A stretch of 64,000 bases of DNA, taken from positions 342,862 to 406,861 of the forward strand of contig JADJOR010000024.1 in assembly GCA_016713665.1 (NCBI GenBank), read 5' to 3'. The translations under genes and the position numbers were made by a program. Positions 18,974 through 28,371 of the stretch are shown here, in pieces (within the stretch, counting starts at the first letter, position 1; every line of letters begins with the position of its first letter). Origin of the DNA: Deltaproteobacteria bacterium. Its GTDB lineage: Bacteria > Myxococcota_A > UBA9160 > UBA4427. Under the pieces are notes generated by a model, which saw only the letters and a list, made by a program, of their open reading frames with translations, was not told the origin of the DNA and ran no database searches.

Positions 18974-19710
18974 ATCCCGTCCTTGCACTCATGCTGTCGC
19001 TTGGCAGTCGTAGACGGGACGATCTTCGCGAGCTCGTCGACCATGCCGGTCACGATCTCGCCGAGCGTCTCGCCGAGGCGCGCGAGGTTCGCTCCCGACT
19101 GGCCCGTGCCCGGTCCGCCGCCGAGACCGCGGGCCGCCATGTAGCGCAGCAACGGCGTATCGGTCATCGAGTCGCGGAACTCGACGACGAGGGTCGCCGA
19201 GCCGAAGGACGAGACATAGCTCGTGCTCGAGCCGGAGGCGTCGTTGCCGGCGGTGTGGAGCCGCAGATCCTTCAGGCCGACGTTGACGACGACCGTACAC
19301 GGCCCGGGAACCCGCGCGACGCCGACCGGCCCCGATGCCGTGATGCCCGCGAGCGCGCCGGCGAGGATCCGGCCGACCTCCTGCTCCTGATCGCGCTCGA
19401 GGGGCCGTTGCCCGTCTGCATAGAGGAAGCCCGCGACCTGCACGATCACGTCGTCGTAGCGCCCGAGATGATGATCCGGCTTGACCCAGAGGACCGAGCG
19501 ACTCGTCGACTTCGCGAGAAGGAGCCCGTCGCTCGTCTTCTGTGCGACCCGCCCGGATGCGCGCGGCGTCCCGTCGCCCGCGCAGGCGACCACGAGCGAA
19601 GCCGCGATCGCGATCCCGAGCGCGCCCACCCGAGACCCGATGCACCGCGCGCCCGCCGCCTTGCTGTTGGGGCGGGCGAAGGGGAGGGAGGAACGACGAC
19701 CGAGGGACAT
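18949..19710 (-). CDS. lipoprotein (DUF3313-like)
   Basis: Only the last 253 codons of ORF 18949..20187 are kept. ATG 19710 is preceded by AGGAG. Signal peptide with lipobox LVVAC. The upstream part of that ORF is Arg/Pro junk running antisense through the tRNA. Confidence 0.7.
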   Translation of the reverse strand: MSLGRRSSLPFARPNSKAAGARCIGSRVGALGIAIAASLVVACAGDGTPRASGRVAQKTSDGLLLAKSTSRSVLWVKPDHHLGRYDDVIVQVAGFLYADGQRPLERDQEQEVGRILAGALAGITASGPVGVARVPGPCTVVVNVGLKDLRLHTAGNDASGSSTSYVSSFGSATLVVEFRDSMTDTPLLRYMAARGLGGGPGTGQSGANLARLGETLGEIVTGMVDELAKIVPSTTAKRQHECKDGIYALTGRG

Positions 19711-20098
19711 ACCACGTCTCCTGAGGCTGCCGGGGGCGTGGGCGGACGTTGGCACGGGGCGTCGGGATCGGGCCAATCGACCGTCGGACTGCGGGCGGGG
19801 TCGCGTCGGGTCACAGCGGGCCGTGTCGGCCTCGCCGGGTCGCCCGGGTCGCGTTGGCCGGAAGAGGAGGGATGGCGGCAGATGGCGGATGGGCGAGGGC
19901 GGATGGCGGGCTCGGCACGGAGGGGGCCAGGGGCGGGCCGGGCGCGATTCAGGGGCTTTCGAGGGGTCGGATTGCGGCCCGGGCCGGCCGCGGGGAGGTC
20001 GGGCGGGGCGGCTATCGCCCCGGGCGGAGTCGCGGTAGGCTCCGGGCCGTCGTCGCCCGGGTCGACCCGCCCAGCGGGTCCGGCGGCAGACGGCATCC

Positions 20099-20186
20099 GG
20101 AGAGATGGCCGAGCGGTCGAAGGCGCACGCTTGGAAAGCGTGTGTAGGGCAACCTACCGTGGGTTCGAATCCCACTCTCTCCGCCA
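20099..20186 (+). tRNA. tRNA-Ser (anticodon GGA), encoded CCA
   Basis: Folded by hand. Acceptor GGAGAGA/TCTCTCC; anticodon stem CACGC/GCGTG with loop TTGGAAA; long variable arm TGTAGGGCAACCTACCG; T-arm GTGGG-TTCGAAT-CCCAC; discriminator G then CCA. Confidence 0.9.
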
Positions 20187-20194
20187 TTCAGTCT

Positions 20195-20232
20195 GCGTCT
20201 CTGGAGCATTCGGGCTCGAGACGCTTGTTGTT
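20195..20232 (+). terminator. candidate intrinsic terminator after tRNA-Ser
   Basis: GCGTCTC...GAGACGC stem (with an inner GAGC/GCTC extension) followed by TTGTTGTT. Confidence 0.5.
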
Positions 20233-20629
20233 CGGAATAATGCCGAGAATTCGCGGGGTCTTGGCGGGTCGGGTCCGTGGGATCCGAACCAGAGACCGCC
20301 AACGAGGCGCAAACTAGCGCCCATAAGCCGTCTTCGTCTCTGGCCACTCGTGCGACGGTTCGGTTTGCGGGGACGAGTGAAAGTGGGTCCACGTCACCCG
20401 CTCCGACATCGGCAACCATTCGCGCAATCGCCGACGAGTGGACGCGAATCGCGGTCGAATCTGGGGAGAATGGGTTCCGAAACTCGATCGCGATCGCGGG
20501 TTGGGCCTCGTTGCCTTCCGCCGGAGATAGTCGCCTTCGAGGGAAGAGGGAAGATGAGTCGTCCTCGTTGTGGTGTTCGACGGCCCGAACGCTCCCTCGT
20601 TCTTGCGACCCGATCACCCGTGTCAGCGA

Positions 20630-21037
20630 GACCAGTCTTCGACGACGAATCCTTGAATCGACGAAAGTCCTTCAAATTAGCGGTCTCTAGGTTCAGCTAG
20701 TTGACGTGGCCAATCGCCGCGATTTGACCATCTGCGGCTGACGGGGGGCGTCCGCTCGTCGTCAGACGCGCCCGACCCTTAGCGTGCCAGGTCGCCGCCT
20801 CCTGGTCGAAGGGAAGGATCGGCAATGCACTTCGGACGCCTACTCGAGGTAGGCCTCGATTGCTCGTCGCTTCTTCGAAGCAGTCGGTCGAGCTACTCCA
20901 TACGACAGCTCATGCCAGACGACGGAGCAGGCGATTGCGCTCGCCATCATGCTCGGAGAGGTGTTCGAGTGTCCGCTCGTTCGGGTGCGACTTGATCGCC
21001 TCGGCGAGGACGTTCGTGTCTAGCGGGTATCGGACAT
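20630..21037 (-). pseudogene. PIN-domain (VapC-type) toxin, destroyed
   Basis: The ATG at 21037 overlaps the antitoxin stop. VapC-like segments lie in three frames: (MS)RYPLDTNVLAEAIKSHPNERTLEHLSEHDGE; IACSVVWHELSYGVARPTASKKRRAIEAYLE; ALPILPFDQEAATWHAKGRARLTTSGRPPSAADGQIAAIGHVN. An in-frame TAG follows at 20699..20697, then LNLETANLKDFRRFKD. The 3' limit is approximate. Confidence 0.6.
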
Positions 21038-21318
21038 CACAGCGAGATGTCTCGCCCTGGCGATTCATCTCGCAGGTCGTCGAAGTCCTTCTCTCCGATG
21101 CCGAGATCTTCGATGTACAGGCGATTTCGGAGCTGCCTGACTGCATCGGCGAAGGAGGAGCGTTTCCCAGTTATCGCGGCGTAGTCGGAGGCCGAGAGCA
21201 GCACAGCGACAGGCTCTCCCCGACGGGTGATCTCGATGACATTGCCGTGCTGGGCGCGCTTGATAAGGCGAGAGAGGTTCTGGCGGGCTTCGGCGACGGA
21301 AACCATCGTGGGAGCCAT
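21037..21318 (-). CDS. Phd/YefM-family antitoxin
   Basis: Intact 93-aa ORF. The N-terminus VSVAEARQNLSRLIKRAQHGNVIEITRRGEPVAVLLSASDY is typical of the family. Confidence 0.85.
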   Translation of the reverse strand: MAPTMVSVAEARQNLSRLIKRAQHGNVIEITRRGEPVAVLLSASDYAAITGKRSSFADAVRQLRNRLYIEDLGIGEKDFDDLRDESPGRDISL

Positions 21319-21332
21319 TCCTGAACCCTCTG

Positions 21333-21353
21333 AATGTACATCCTAATGTACAT
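21333..21353. promoter_or_regulatory. two copies of AATGTACAT (palindromic core ATGTACAT) 12 nt apart, candidate antitoxin operator
   Basis: Copies at 21333-21341 and 21345-21353, read directly, 15-35 nt upstream of the antitoxin ATG (21318). Confidence 0.45.
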
Positions 21354-21690
21354 ACCAGTGCCGTACCCCAGGAACACGCTCGCTTTCGAGAGTGCCGTCG
21401 GGCCGTTCGCCGCGTTGCGCTCCCTCGCCATAGCGACGGCACCCTCTCGGTGCACACCGAGCTGATCCCGCTTCTTCTCGACTTCGACAACGTATTTCAG
21501 GAACACGATACCAGTGCTCGGAAATCAGCTCGAAGACAGAGGTCAAAATCCCATTCACGTCTGTTCCTGTTAAAGCTGCACGGTGACGCGTGTTGTAAGC
21601 AGCGAGTCGAAAAGTGGTCTTGCAAGTCTTAATAGATTCATTAGACATTTTTCCGAAACTCATTGACATGAAATTGCGACTGGATACCCT

Positions 21691-22149
21691 GTGCTTCCGA
21701 AAGGGATCAGCGTGCCGGTTGTCATAGCGAATCTTAAGGCCGAGTCGTTCGCGGAGATCCAGCGCAAGGTGGGCTCAGGTCTATATTCGTCGGTCTCCGA
21801 GTTCGTGGAGCTAGCGATCGCCAATCAGATCGAACTCGAGAAGCACCGAGACGACGCTCCATGGGCGCCCATTCCGTCAAGGCCCGCGACCGAGCGACAG
21901 CGCGTACCGAAGACCACTGTGCCCCAACGACGCATGTTGGCCCGGCAGTCGCCGCCGGCGTCGATCATCACAGGTCCGTACGCCGCGGACGTGCTGACCC
22001 GGCTGAGGAAGGCCGTTGCCACCGAAGCCCCGACCAACCTGTCGCTGAAGCCGCCGCCGAAAGCGAACGATGAGGCGACGGTGTGGGGCCAGGTCAATCG
22101 ATTGCTCCCGCTAAGCTGGCACTTAGGTGGATTGCGGCGCATTCGCTAG
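21691..22149 (+). CDS. hypothetical DNA-binding protein (ribbon-helix-helix-like N-terminus); may be the 5' part of the next ORF
   Basis: 152-aa ORF. N-terminus ISVPVVIANLKAESFAEIQRKVGSGLYSSVSEFVELAIANQIELEK looks RHH/CopG-like. Its 3' end overlaps ORF 22083.. by 67 nt, which indicates either a -1 frameshift near 22108-22112 or a separate GTG start at 22083. Confidence 0.5.
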   Translation: MLPKGISVPVVIANLKAESFAEIQRKVGSGLYSSVSEFVELAIANQIELEKHRDDAPWAPIPSRPATERQRVPKTTVPQRRMLARQSPPASIITGPYAADVLTRLRKAVATEAPTNLSLKPPPKANDEATVWGQVNRLLPLSWHLGGLRRIR

Positions 22150-22821
22150 AGAAGTTGGATTGGCCGGGAATCGATGAGGCGCTCGAGCCATTGGCGTCCG
22201 ACGCGGCGACGATTGGCTCCGCGCTAGAGCAGGCCGACATCGCCGCCGGCCGAATGAGAGACGATCTTCTCGCGACGGCTTTACCCAAGCGCGGGAACGC
22301 GCTCTCCTCCGACCGCTTCATCAGTCAGTACGTCGCGCGTACAACGCGAAAAGGACTTGTCCATCCCGGCGCAGCCGTCCACTACGGACTACTGCTGCTG
22401 GATTCGGATAGGCTGGCGCTGACGACGACTGGATTCGAGTTTGCGGTAATGAAGAATCCAGTCCTCGACAGCGACATAGCCAACGCCAAAGACACGCTGA
22501 CCGACGAAGAGCGACGGTACTTCGTGTCGCATGCTATACTTCACCTGCCTAGCGAGTTGTATGATTTCCGATTCACTTTGGAAATCGTGGGGTCGGGCCG
22601 CGACACCCCGGCCGACCAAATTGCGCAAGCTCGCGACCACCTCCCGAGTGAGTGGTCCGACGATGATCAGGACCCATGTAACGGGGGTCGTCGCTCGGAT
22701 GATCGATCTCGGCCTCCTCCGCCGCCGGTGGCAGGGACGCCATGTCAGATACGAGATAACGGATCTGGCCGCCGGGTTTGCGGCCCCTCACGCCAAGCAC
22801 GGAGAGCCCCATGCAGGATAG
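22083..22821 (+). pseudogene. hypothetical protein with C-terminal winged-helix-like domain; needs a frame switch near 22655-22665
   Basis: Frame-0 ORF 22083..22832 turns into Pro/Arg junk after ...DHLPSEWSDD. The wHTH-like continuation (M)IRTHVTGVVARMIDLGLLRRRWQGRHVRYEITDLAAGF is in frame 1 (ORF 22531..22821). That stop overlaps the next gene start by 11 nt. Confidence 0.5.
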
Positions 22822-25110
22822 CGATCTTCTGAATGACCTCCTAAACGCGGACAGCGAGGATGGCGCGATTGCCGCCCTCGATAGCCGCGGTCTCTTGGGC
22901 GACATGAGCCGTTGGAGGTATCTTGGCAACACACCTAATAACCAGTCGGTGGTGAACAACCAGCAGAGCACGGCGATGGCGGCTCTGGTAGAGAAGTACA
23001 CCAACGGCGTCGACGCCCTTCTACTGCGCCACTGCAAGGCTGCAGGAGTTGATCCGCGCGGCCACTCCGCGCCCGATTGTATGGACGAGGCGGTAAGCCG
23101 ATTTTTTGGCGATCTCGCGAGTCTCAGCGACGCGGACCGCCGCGCGTTCTCCGAGGACAACCTCCTTCTCTACGCGACGGGCTCTAAGGCGCGTCCATGT
23201 ATCTCGATGTACGACAACGGCGAGGGTCAGCTTCCCGAAAACTTCCCGAAGACGTTCTGTTCCCTCATCTCGGGATCCGACGAGGTTCTTACAAGGGGGC
23301 GATTAATTTTGTTCAGGGTCGCTTTAACATGGGTGGGACGGGCGTTCTTCCGTTCTGTGGCGAGAAGCGCAAGATTCAGCTCATCGTTAGCCGCGCTCCC
23401 GACGACGTCGTCGGAACGAAGGGTCACGAGTGGGCTTACACGATCATCTGTTTCTTCCCGTCGGCCAAAGATCCGTCCTGGCGCTACATGGTCGGACCGG
23501 ACGGGCAGGTGCTCACCGCCGGCTCTGGCCCCCTGAAGCTCGTGCCTCTCAAGGCGGTCAAATCAGGTGTCATCTGCAAGCCTCTCGAGCGCGCGGTTCC
23601 GAGCGGCACGCTTGTAAAGATGTACGACTTCAAGGCACCCCGTAGCAATGTGTGCGGCGAGCTGTACAAAAAGCTCGGCGAGTATCTGATCCAGCCGGCG
23701 ATTCCGTTGCGCATCATCGAATGCCGCAAGGACTATCAGGCCAATGTCATGGGAGTGACACTATGGGATCGGCTTGGCGCGTTGCTCAAGAACAATGAAC
23801 TAGAAGACGAGTGCAGAGACGGGATCGGCGTGACGGTCGAGCTGTCGACCGGTGAACAGGTTCCCGCTGAGGTAAGGGTATTCAGGCTTTCGACGAAGAA
23901 GAAGGGCGAGGACGTCGACGAGTTTCGCGTCGGACTCCGTGCTCTCATCAACGGACAGAGTCACGCTAAACGCGGCCCTGAGTTCGTGCGAGCCAAGGGG
24001 GTAGGGCTTGAGCACATCGCGGGCAGTATGCTGGTAACGCTCGACTGCACCCGATTGTGTCAGCAGTCGCGAAACGATCTTTTTATGGCGAACCGAGAGA
24101 CATTTCGCAGTGAATCGGCGCTCTGTGAAGAGCTCTTCAAGGAGTTGAAGGAGCAGCTGAGGGGCCACGATGCGCTGAAGTACCTGAATCACAAGCGGTA
24201 CGAGGAGAAGGTTAAGACCGCCGTGGATGACGAAGACGGTATCAAAGCGATGGAGGACCTTCTCGCAGAGGATCCCGAGCTCGCCGAGCTGTTTGGCGGT
24301 AAGGAATCGGGCGCGACGTCCTCCCACGCACCGACCGCGGGAGGCAGCCTGCCCGCGAAGCCGGAGCAGTTCAAAGGGGCTCAATTCCCCTCGTTCTTCC
24401 GTCGAGCTGACGGATCGACGTCGGTGGAGATGGAAGTGCCTCGTGGCGGTATTGCGCGAGTCGCATTCCACACTGACGTCCGCAACAACTATTTCACACG
24501 AAAGACCAATAGAGGCACCTGCAAGTTCAAGGGAGACTTCGCGCCGTCGCATCATCTCTATAACGGCCGACTAACGTTAGCTTGTCGTCCGCCGGCCACG
24601 GCCGTGGTAGGCACGCAGCTCGCGACCGAGGCGACGATTACGGACCCCAAGGGCTCGGGGCCGTTCACACTGATGCTAGCGGCGTCGGTCGTCGCACCTA
24701 AGCACAAAAAGCAGCCGGATCCGCGCGAGAAGAAAGAGAAGAAGTCGAAGCGGGGGCCTAGCCGTCCGCGGATCCGCGAGCGCGACGGGGATCCGACTGA
24801 GCCGCCGATCGAGATCAATCGTGAGCCCAAAACGAACCTCCTCGAAATCATTATTAACAGGAAGGCAGCGGCGCTGGAACACGCGAAGGCGAAGCGCCCT
24901 TCTGCGGAGGAGGCCGCGGTCGAGTTTGTGTTCAAGTATGGCCTCGCACTGCTCGCTATGTCGATGATCGATCGTGCGCGCGAGACTGAAAAGTGGGATG
25001 AAGACGAGCCGGATTGCCGAAAGGAAATCGGACAGACCGTGTCCGACCTTTCGCGAGTGATCGTGCCGCTTTGCCTCAATCTGCCCCAAAAGCTTCCTAA
25101 GGCGGGCTAG
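22811..25110 (+). pseudogene. GHKL (Bergerat-fold, MORC/HATPase_c_3-like) ATPase, ~766 aa if one frameshift at ~23282-23286 is repaired
   Basis: ATG 22811 follows GGAGAG. The N-box EKYTNGVDA and G1 box YDNGEG lie in frame 2 (ORF 22778..23536). The G2 box GRFNMGGTG and the remaining 600+ codons lie in frame 1 (ORF 23197..25110). One extra G in GACGAG|GTTCT would give ...SGSDEGSYKGAINFVQGRFNMGGTG.... This could be a sequencing error rather than a true pseudogene. Confidence 0.7.
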
Positions 25111-26309
25111 CGGAGGCGGTGAATCAGGAGGTACTCGGTGGCTGCGTCGACGTCGCCCTGTAGCTTCGCGTACCACTTGCGATTTGCGACGCGCCGCTCG
25201 ATGCGATCGTCGTGCAGGTCAGAACTTCGCACCTCATAGAAGCCCGCCTGTTCCATGGCTGTTAGGTACAGGGGTAGCTGTTCAGCGACTCTTGAGAACC
25301 CAACGATCTGGACCACGGTGCCATCGCGGTGCAATACGCGCGCAACGGAACTGAATGCGCTCACGATCATTTCAAAATAATTGCGGATGCCGGTGGGCGT
25401 GCGGCTTCCTCCACAATAGTAGGATAAGCCCGCACCGTCGGTCCTATTCGCGATCCAGTAGGGCGCGGGTGTCTCGCGTCGTCCCCGATATTGCCACCGA
25501 TGGTAAAGGACGTGGACGCCAGGGTAGGGAGGCGATGTGAATACGAGGCGAGGTTTGCTTCGCAGCGATCTGATCCGGCTATCACGATCGATGCCAGCCG
25601 CCGAGCGGTGCAAGAGCATCCGGTGTCCGGTGATCGCATTCTTTGAAATCCCGGACTCCCTGCAACTAGCGACGAACTCGCGCAGGCCGAGAATCATGTC
25701 GTCGACGTACGCTGGTAGCCGCTCGGCGAGGCGAGACCGTCGCGGCGCTGAGAAGTCCCGGCAGTCGAGCGCCCACTGGCCGAGCCGGAGAAGCGCTGCC
25801 CTGGCGAAGGCGCGTCGCCTTGGGAGCATGTCTGCTGCTAGCTGCAACGCACCGGCCATGAACAGCTCGGTTGCTCTCGGCAGATTTCGAATTCCGGCTA
25901 GCTCGACCCAAGAAAGATCTGGGTCCACAAGCCGAACGGCTGCTCGATCTGCCCAGCGGCGGACGCTGTCCTCGTCGGCGGGCGATAGCGGTTGCGTACG
26001 GACATCGCTGACGAAGTGCGCGAGGGAGTTGATGTCAATACCAACCATCCGGCGCCCGAGCGTCAACCCTTCGACGATGCTCGTGCCCCCGCCCATGAAT
26101 GGATCGAGCACCCAACTCCCTCGTCGGGAGAACGCTGAGATCACGTCTCGCGCAACCTCGGGGTGAAATCGAGCGGGATAGCTGTAGAAGCTATGGGTTC
26201 CACCGGCCGAGTTCGTGTAGGCCGTCGTCGACAGCGACTCTGAGAGAACGCGGATCGTATCTCCACTGAGTCGAGACTCGGCGTGGGCGTCTGTGGTTAT
26301 CCACGGCAT
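25107..26309 (-). CDS. DNA methyltransferase (N6-adenine/N4-cytosine type; motif I before motif IV)
   Basis: Intact 400-aa ORF. AdoMet motif VLDPFMGGGTS near residue 70 and catalytic LVFTSPPYPG near residue 258. Convergent with the GHKL gene, overlapping it at the stop codons. Confidence 0.85.
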   Translation of the reverse strand: MPWITTDAHAESRLSGDTIRVLSESLSTTAYTNSAGGTHSFYSYPARFHPEVARDVISAFSRRGSWVLDPFMGGGTSIVEGLTLGRRMVGIDINSLAHFVSDVRTQPLSPADEDSVRRWADRAAVRLVDPDLSWVELAGIRNLPRATELFMAGALQLAADMLPRRRAFARAALLRLGQWALDCRDFSAPRRSRLAERLPAYVDDMILGLREFVASCRESGISKNAITGHRMLLHRSAAGIDRDSRIRSLRSKPRLVFTSPPYPGVHVLYHRWQYRGRRETPAPYWIANRTDGAGLSYYCGGSRTPTGIRNYFEMIVSAFSSVARVLHRDGTVVQIVGFSRVAEQLPLYLTAMEQAGFYEVRSSDLHDDRIERRVANRKWYAKLQGDVDAATEYLLIHRLR

Positions 26310-26712
26310 TCCAATTTCATCCTAGAGTGGTGGTAGAAAACATGCAACTTCGAGAGGTTAGAATGACAGTTGCGGATAATCGCAGGTACCGTAGCCCATT
26401 TCATTTCGCTTTGGCTTTGCTGCGCACGGCGCGCGGTAGCGCATGGCGCCCACGCGAGCCTCAAAGCGGTCTGAACCGCTAACGGTTGGGAGCGGCGCCG
26501 GGCTTTTGCTGATTCCACTGGCCGGAGGTCACCCGGCTCGCCAGCTGCATTTGACGCAGCGCCTCGACGACGTTTCTTCGCGTCGGTGGGCTCTGGGGTT
26601 CTAGTGCTTCTCCGGGACATCCTGTGCGCAGTTCGTGAGACCAATCGCGCGTGAAGTGCTGCCTCTGTCGTGGCGTTCAACGACATCCTCCAAAGGAGAA
26701 CTATGTGTATTC

Positions 26713-28371
26713 TCAACCAACGTTGACCTTGATTAGGCTGCGATGATCAATCCAGTTAAGTGGTAGGCGGGGCGCTCGTCTCAGCATTTCGGTGGTGAGA
26801 TTGCTTGGCTGCGAGCCAGCAACGATCTGAGCAACGACCTCGGGAGCCAGGAACGCGAGCGGCATCAGTTGCCCTATGTACCGGTCGCTGATCGCTTCAG
26901 CTTTGGCGATCTCGAGGAGCGAGCTGGATCGACCAGACGAGAGGTCGTCGAACCAGACTCGAGCTCGAGAAATTGCCTTGATGAGCACGGAGTCCACTGG
27001 CAAATCGCTGACCCAAGATCCGTCCTCCGCGATCACCAGTCGAACCTCATTCCCCCGCTTCCTCATCTCGAACGGAATCGCGTGCCGAAGCGAGGCGTCG
27101 AGGTCCTTCATCAACTCGGAGAGCCCCACCTCGATTATGAGCTGGCCCTTGTCGAGATCCACCCGCCTGATGGATCGAAGCAGATCGCGATCGCACCGTT
27201 GCGCGCGGCTGAGTAGCTCCGGAAGAAGGTTCTCTTTGACTTTGGCCGCGCGTGCTAGCCGAGCGAGGTGTAAGGAATTCGCGAAGAGAGACCGAACCGA
27301 CTTCTCGACCGTCTTCTCGATCTCATGCGCCGAAAGTCGCCACCGCGGACCGCTGCGTTCGCCCTCGTTGTCTCCGGCCGTCTGAAGATCCCGAGAGACG
27401 TAGTACCGATACCGCTTTCCGCCCTTGATCGTGGAGGTCGGCACCAGCGGAACCCCCTTCTCGTCAAAGAGTCTCCCCATGAGCGGATGTTGCATCGTTG
27501 TTCGGGTTGATGTCCGCCGTGCCGGCGCCTGGCTCGCCATCTGCTTCTGGACCGCGTCCCAGGTCTCCAGGTCAATGATCGCCGGATGCTGCCCCTCATA
27601 GCTCTCCGCCTTGTGCGGAATCCGCCCGATGTAGACCGGATTGCTAAGCAGGTGATAGAGCGCCCCCCGACTGAAGGACCGCCCACCCGCGATTCGGTTG
27701 TGCTTCCCCGGTCTCGCCTTCGACCGAATCCTTCTCCGATCCGCCGCCTCTTTGAGCGCGCGCACGCTGCCCAGCTCGAGATACATCCGAAAGATCTCCC
27801 GAACCGTATTCGCCTCCGACTCGACGATCTTCAGCGTCCGCCCCTCCGCCTCGTACCCCAGCGGCACGAGCCCACCCATCCAGAGTCCCTTCCGCTTCGA
27901 GGCCGCGATCTTGTCCCGGATCCGCTCCCCCGTGACCTCCCGCTCGAACTGAGCAAACGAGAGCAGCATGTTGAGCGTGAGCCGCCCCATCGAGGTCGTC
28001 GTGTTGAACTGCTGGGTGACCGAGACGAACGAGACCTGCTGCGCATCGAGGACGTCGACGATCTTCGCGAAGTCGGAGAGCGAACGCGTCAGCCGATCGA
28101 CCTTGTAGACGACGACCGTTTGGACGCGCCCTTGCTCGATGTCATCGAGGAGCCGCTTCAGGGCAGGTCTCTCCATCGTGCCCCCGGAGTACCCGCCGTC
28201 GTTGTAGCCGGTCTCGACGAGCTTCCAGCCCTCGCTCTTCTGGCTCCGGATGTAGGCCTCGCACGCCTCCCGCTGCGCGTCGAGCGAGTTGAAATCCTGC
28301 TCGAGTCCCTCCTCGGAGGACTTCCTCGTGTAGATCGCGCAGCGCCGCGTTCGCGTCTCAGGCTTGGCCAC
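26713..28371 (-). CDS. large serine recombinase
   Basis: 552 aa. Resolvase catalytic N-terminus CAIYTRKSSEEGLEQDFNSLDAQ...VVVYKVDRLTRS, followed by a recombinase domain. Confidence 0.9.
   Translation of the reverse strand: MAKPETRTRRCAIYTRKSSEEGLEQDFNSLDAQREACEAYIRSQKSEGWKLVETGYNDGGYSGGTMERPALKRLLDDIEQGRVQTVVVYKVDRLTRSLSDFAKIVDVLDAQQVSFVSVTQQFNTTTSMGRLTLNMLLSFAQFEREVTGERIRDKIAASKRKGLWMGGLVPLGYEAEGRTLKIVESEANTVREIFRMYLELGSVRALKEAADRRRIRSKARPGKHNRIAGGRSFSRGALYHLLSNPVYIGRIPHKAESYEGQHPAIIDLETWDAVQKQMASQAPARRTSTRTTMQHPLMGRLFDEKGVPLVPTSTIKGGKRYRYYVSRDLQTAGDNEGERSGPRWRLSAHEIEKTVEKSVRSLFANSLHLARLARAAKVKENLLPELLSRAQRCDRDLLRSIRRVDLDKGQLIIEVGLSELMKDLDASLRHAIPFEMRKRGNEVRLVIAEDGSWVSDLPVDSVLIKAISRARVWFDDLSSGRSSSLLEIAKAEAISDRYIGQLMPLAFLAPEVVAQIVAGSQPSNLTTEMLRRAPRLPLNWIDHRSLIKVNVG

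Noticed and set aside
18949-20187. Full 412-aa version of the lipoprotein ORF
   Set aside because: The upstream 159 codons are Pro/Arg junk and lie antisense to tRNA-Ser. A good AGGAG + ATG at 19710, followed by a signal peptide and lipobox, gives the real start.
20277-20292. Inverted tRNA T-arm-like fragment (minus strand GGTTCGGATCCCAC) ~90 nt downstream of tRNA-Ser
   Set aside because: It resembles the tRNA-Ser T-arm (TTCGAATCCCAC), but I could not fold the surrounding sequence into a cloverleaf. It is in inverted, not direct, orientation, so it is not a usable att repeat. It may be a relic, which remains unproven.
14339-20700. Very long ORFs in the GC-rich zone (14339..16096-, 14608..16116-, 14847..17741+, 17641..20700+; also 11111..12763+ and 5079..6927-)
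   Set aside because: These are typical high-GC shadow ORFs with Arg/Pro/Gly/Ala-dominated translations and no motifs. Each overlaps better-supported genes in other frames or strands, and one runs through the tRNA.
21171-21669. Small minus-strand ORFs 21343..21669 and 21171..21506 upstream of the antitoxin
   Set aside because: They overlap each other and the antitoxin gene in different frames and have odd composition and no recognisable motif. The AT-rich 21.5-21.7 kb stretch looks more like a divergent promoter region. Left unannotated.
26297-26716. 139-aa ORF filling the methylase/recombinase intergenic region
   Set aside because: The translation is Arg/Ala-rich and non-protein-like, and it overlaps both neighbouring gene ends. 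The region is more likely regulatory, or it carries the recombinase attachment site.
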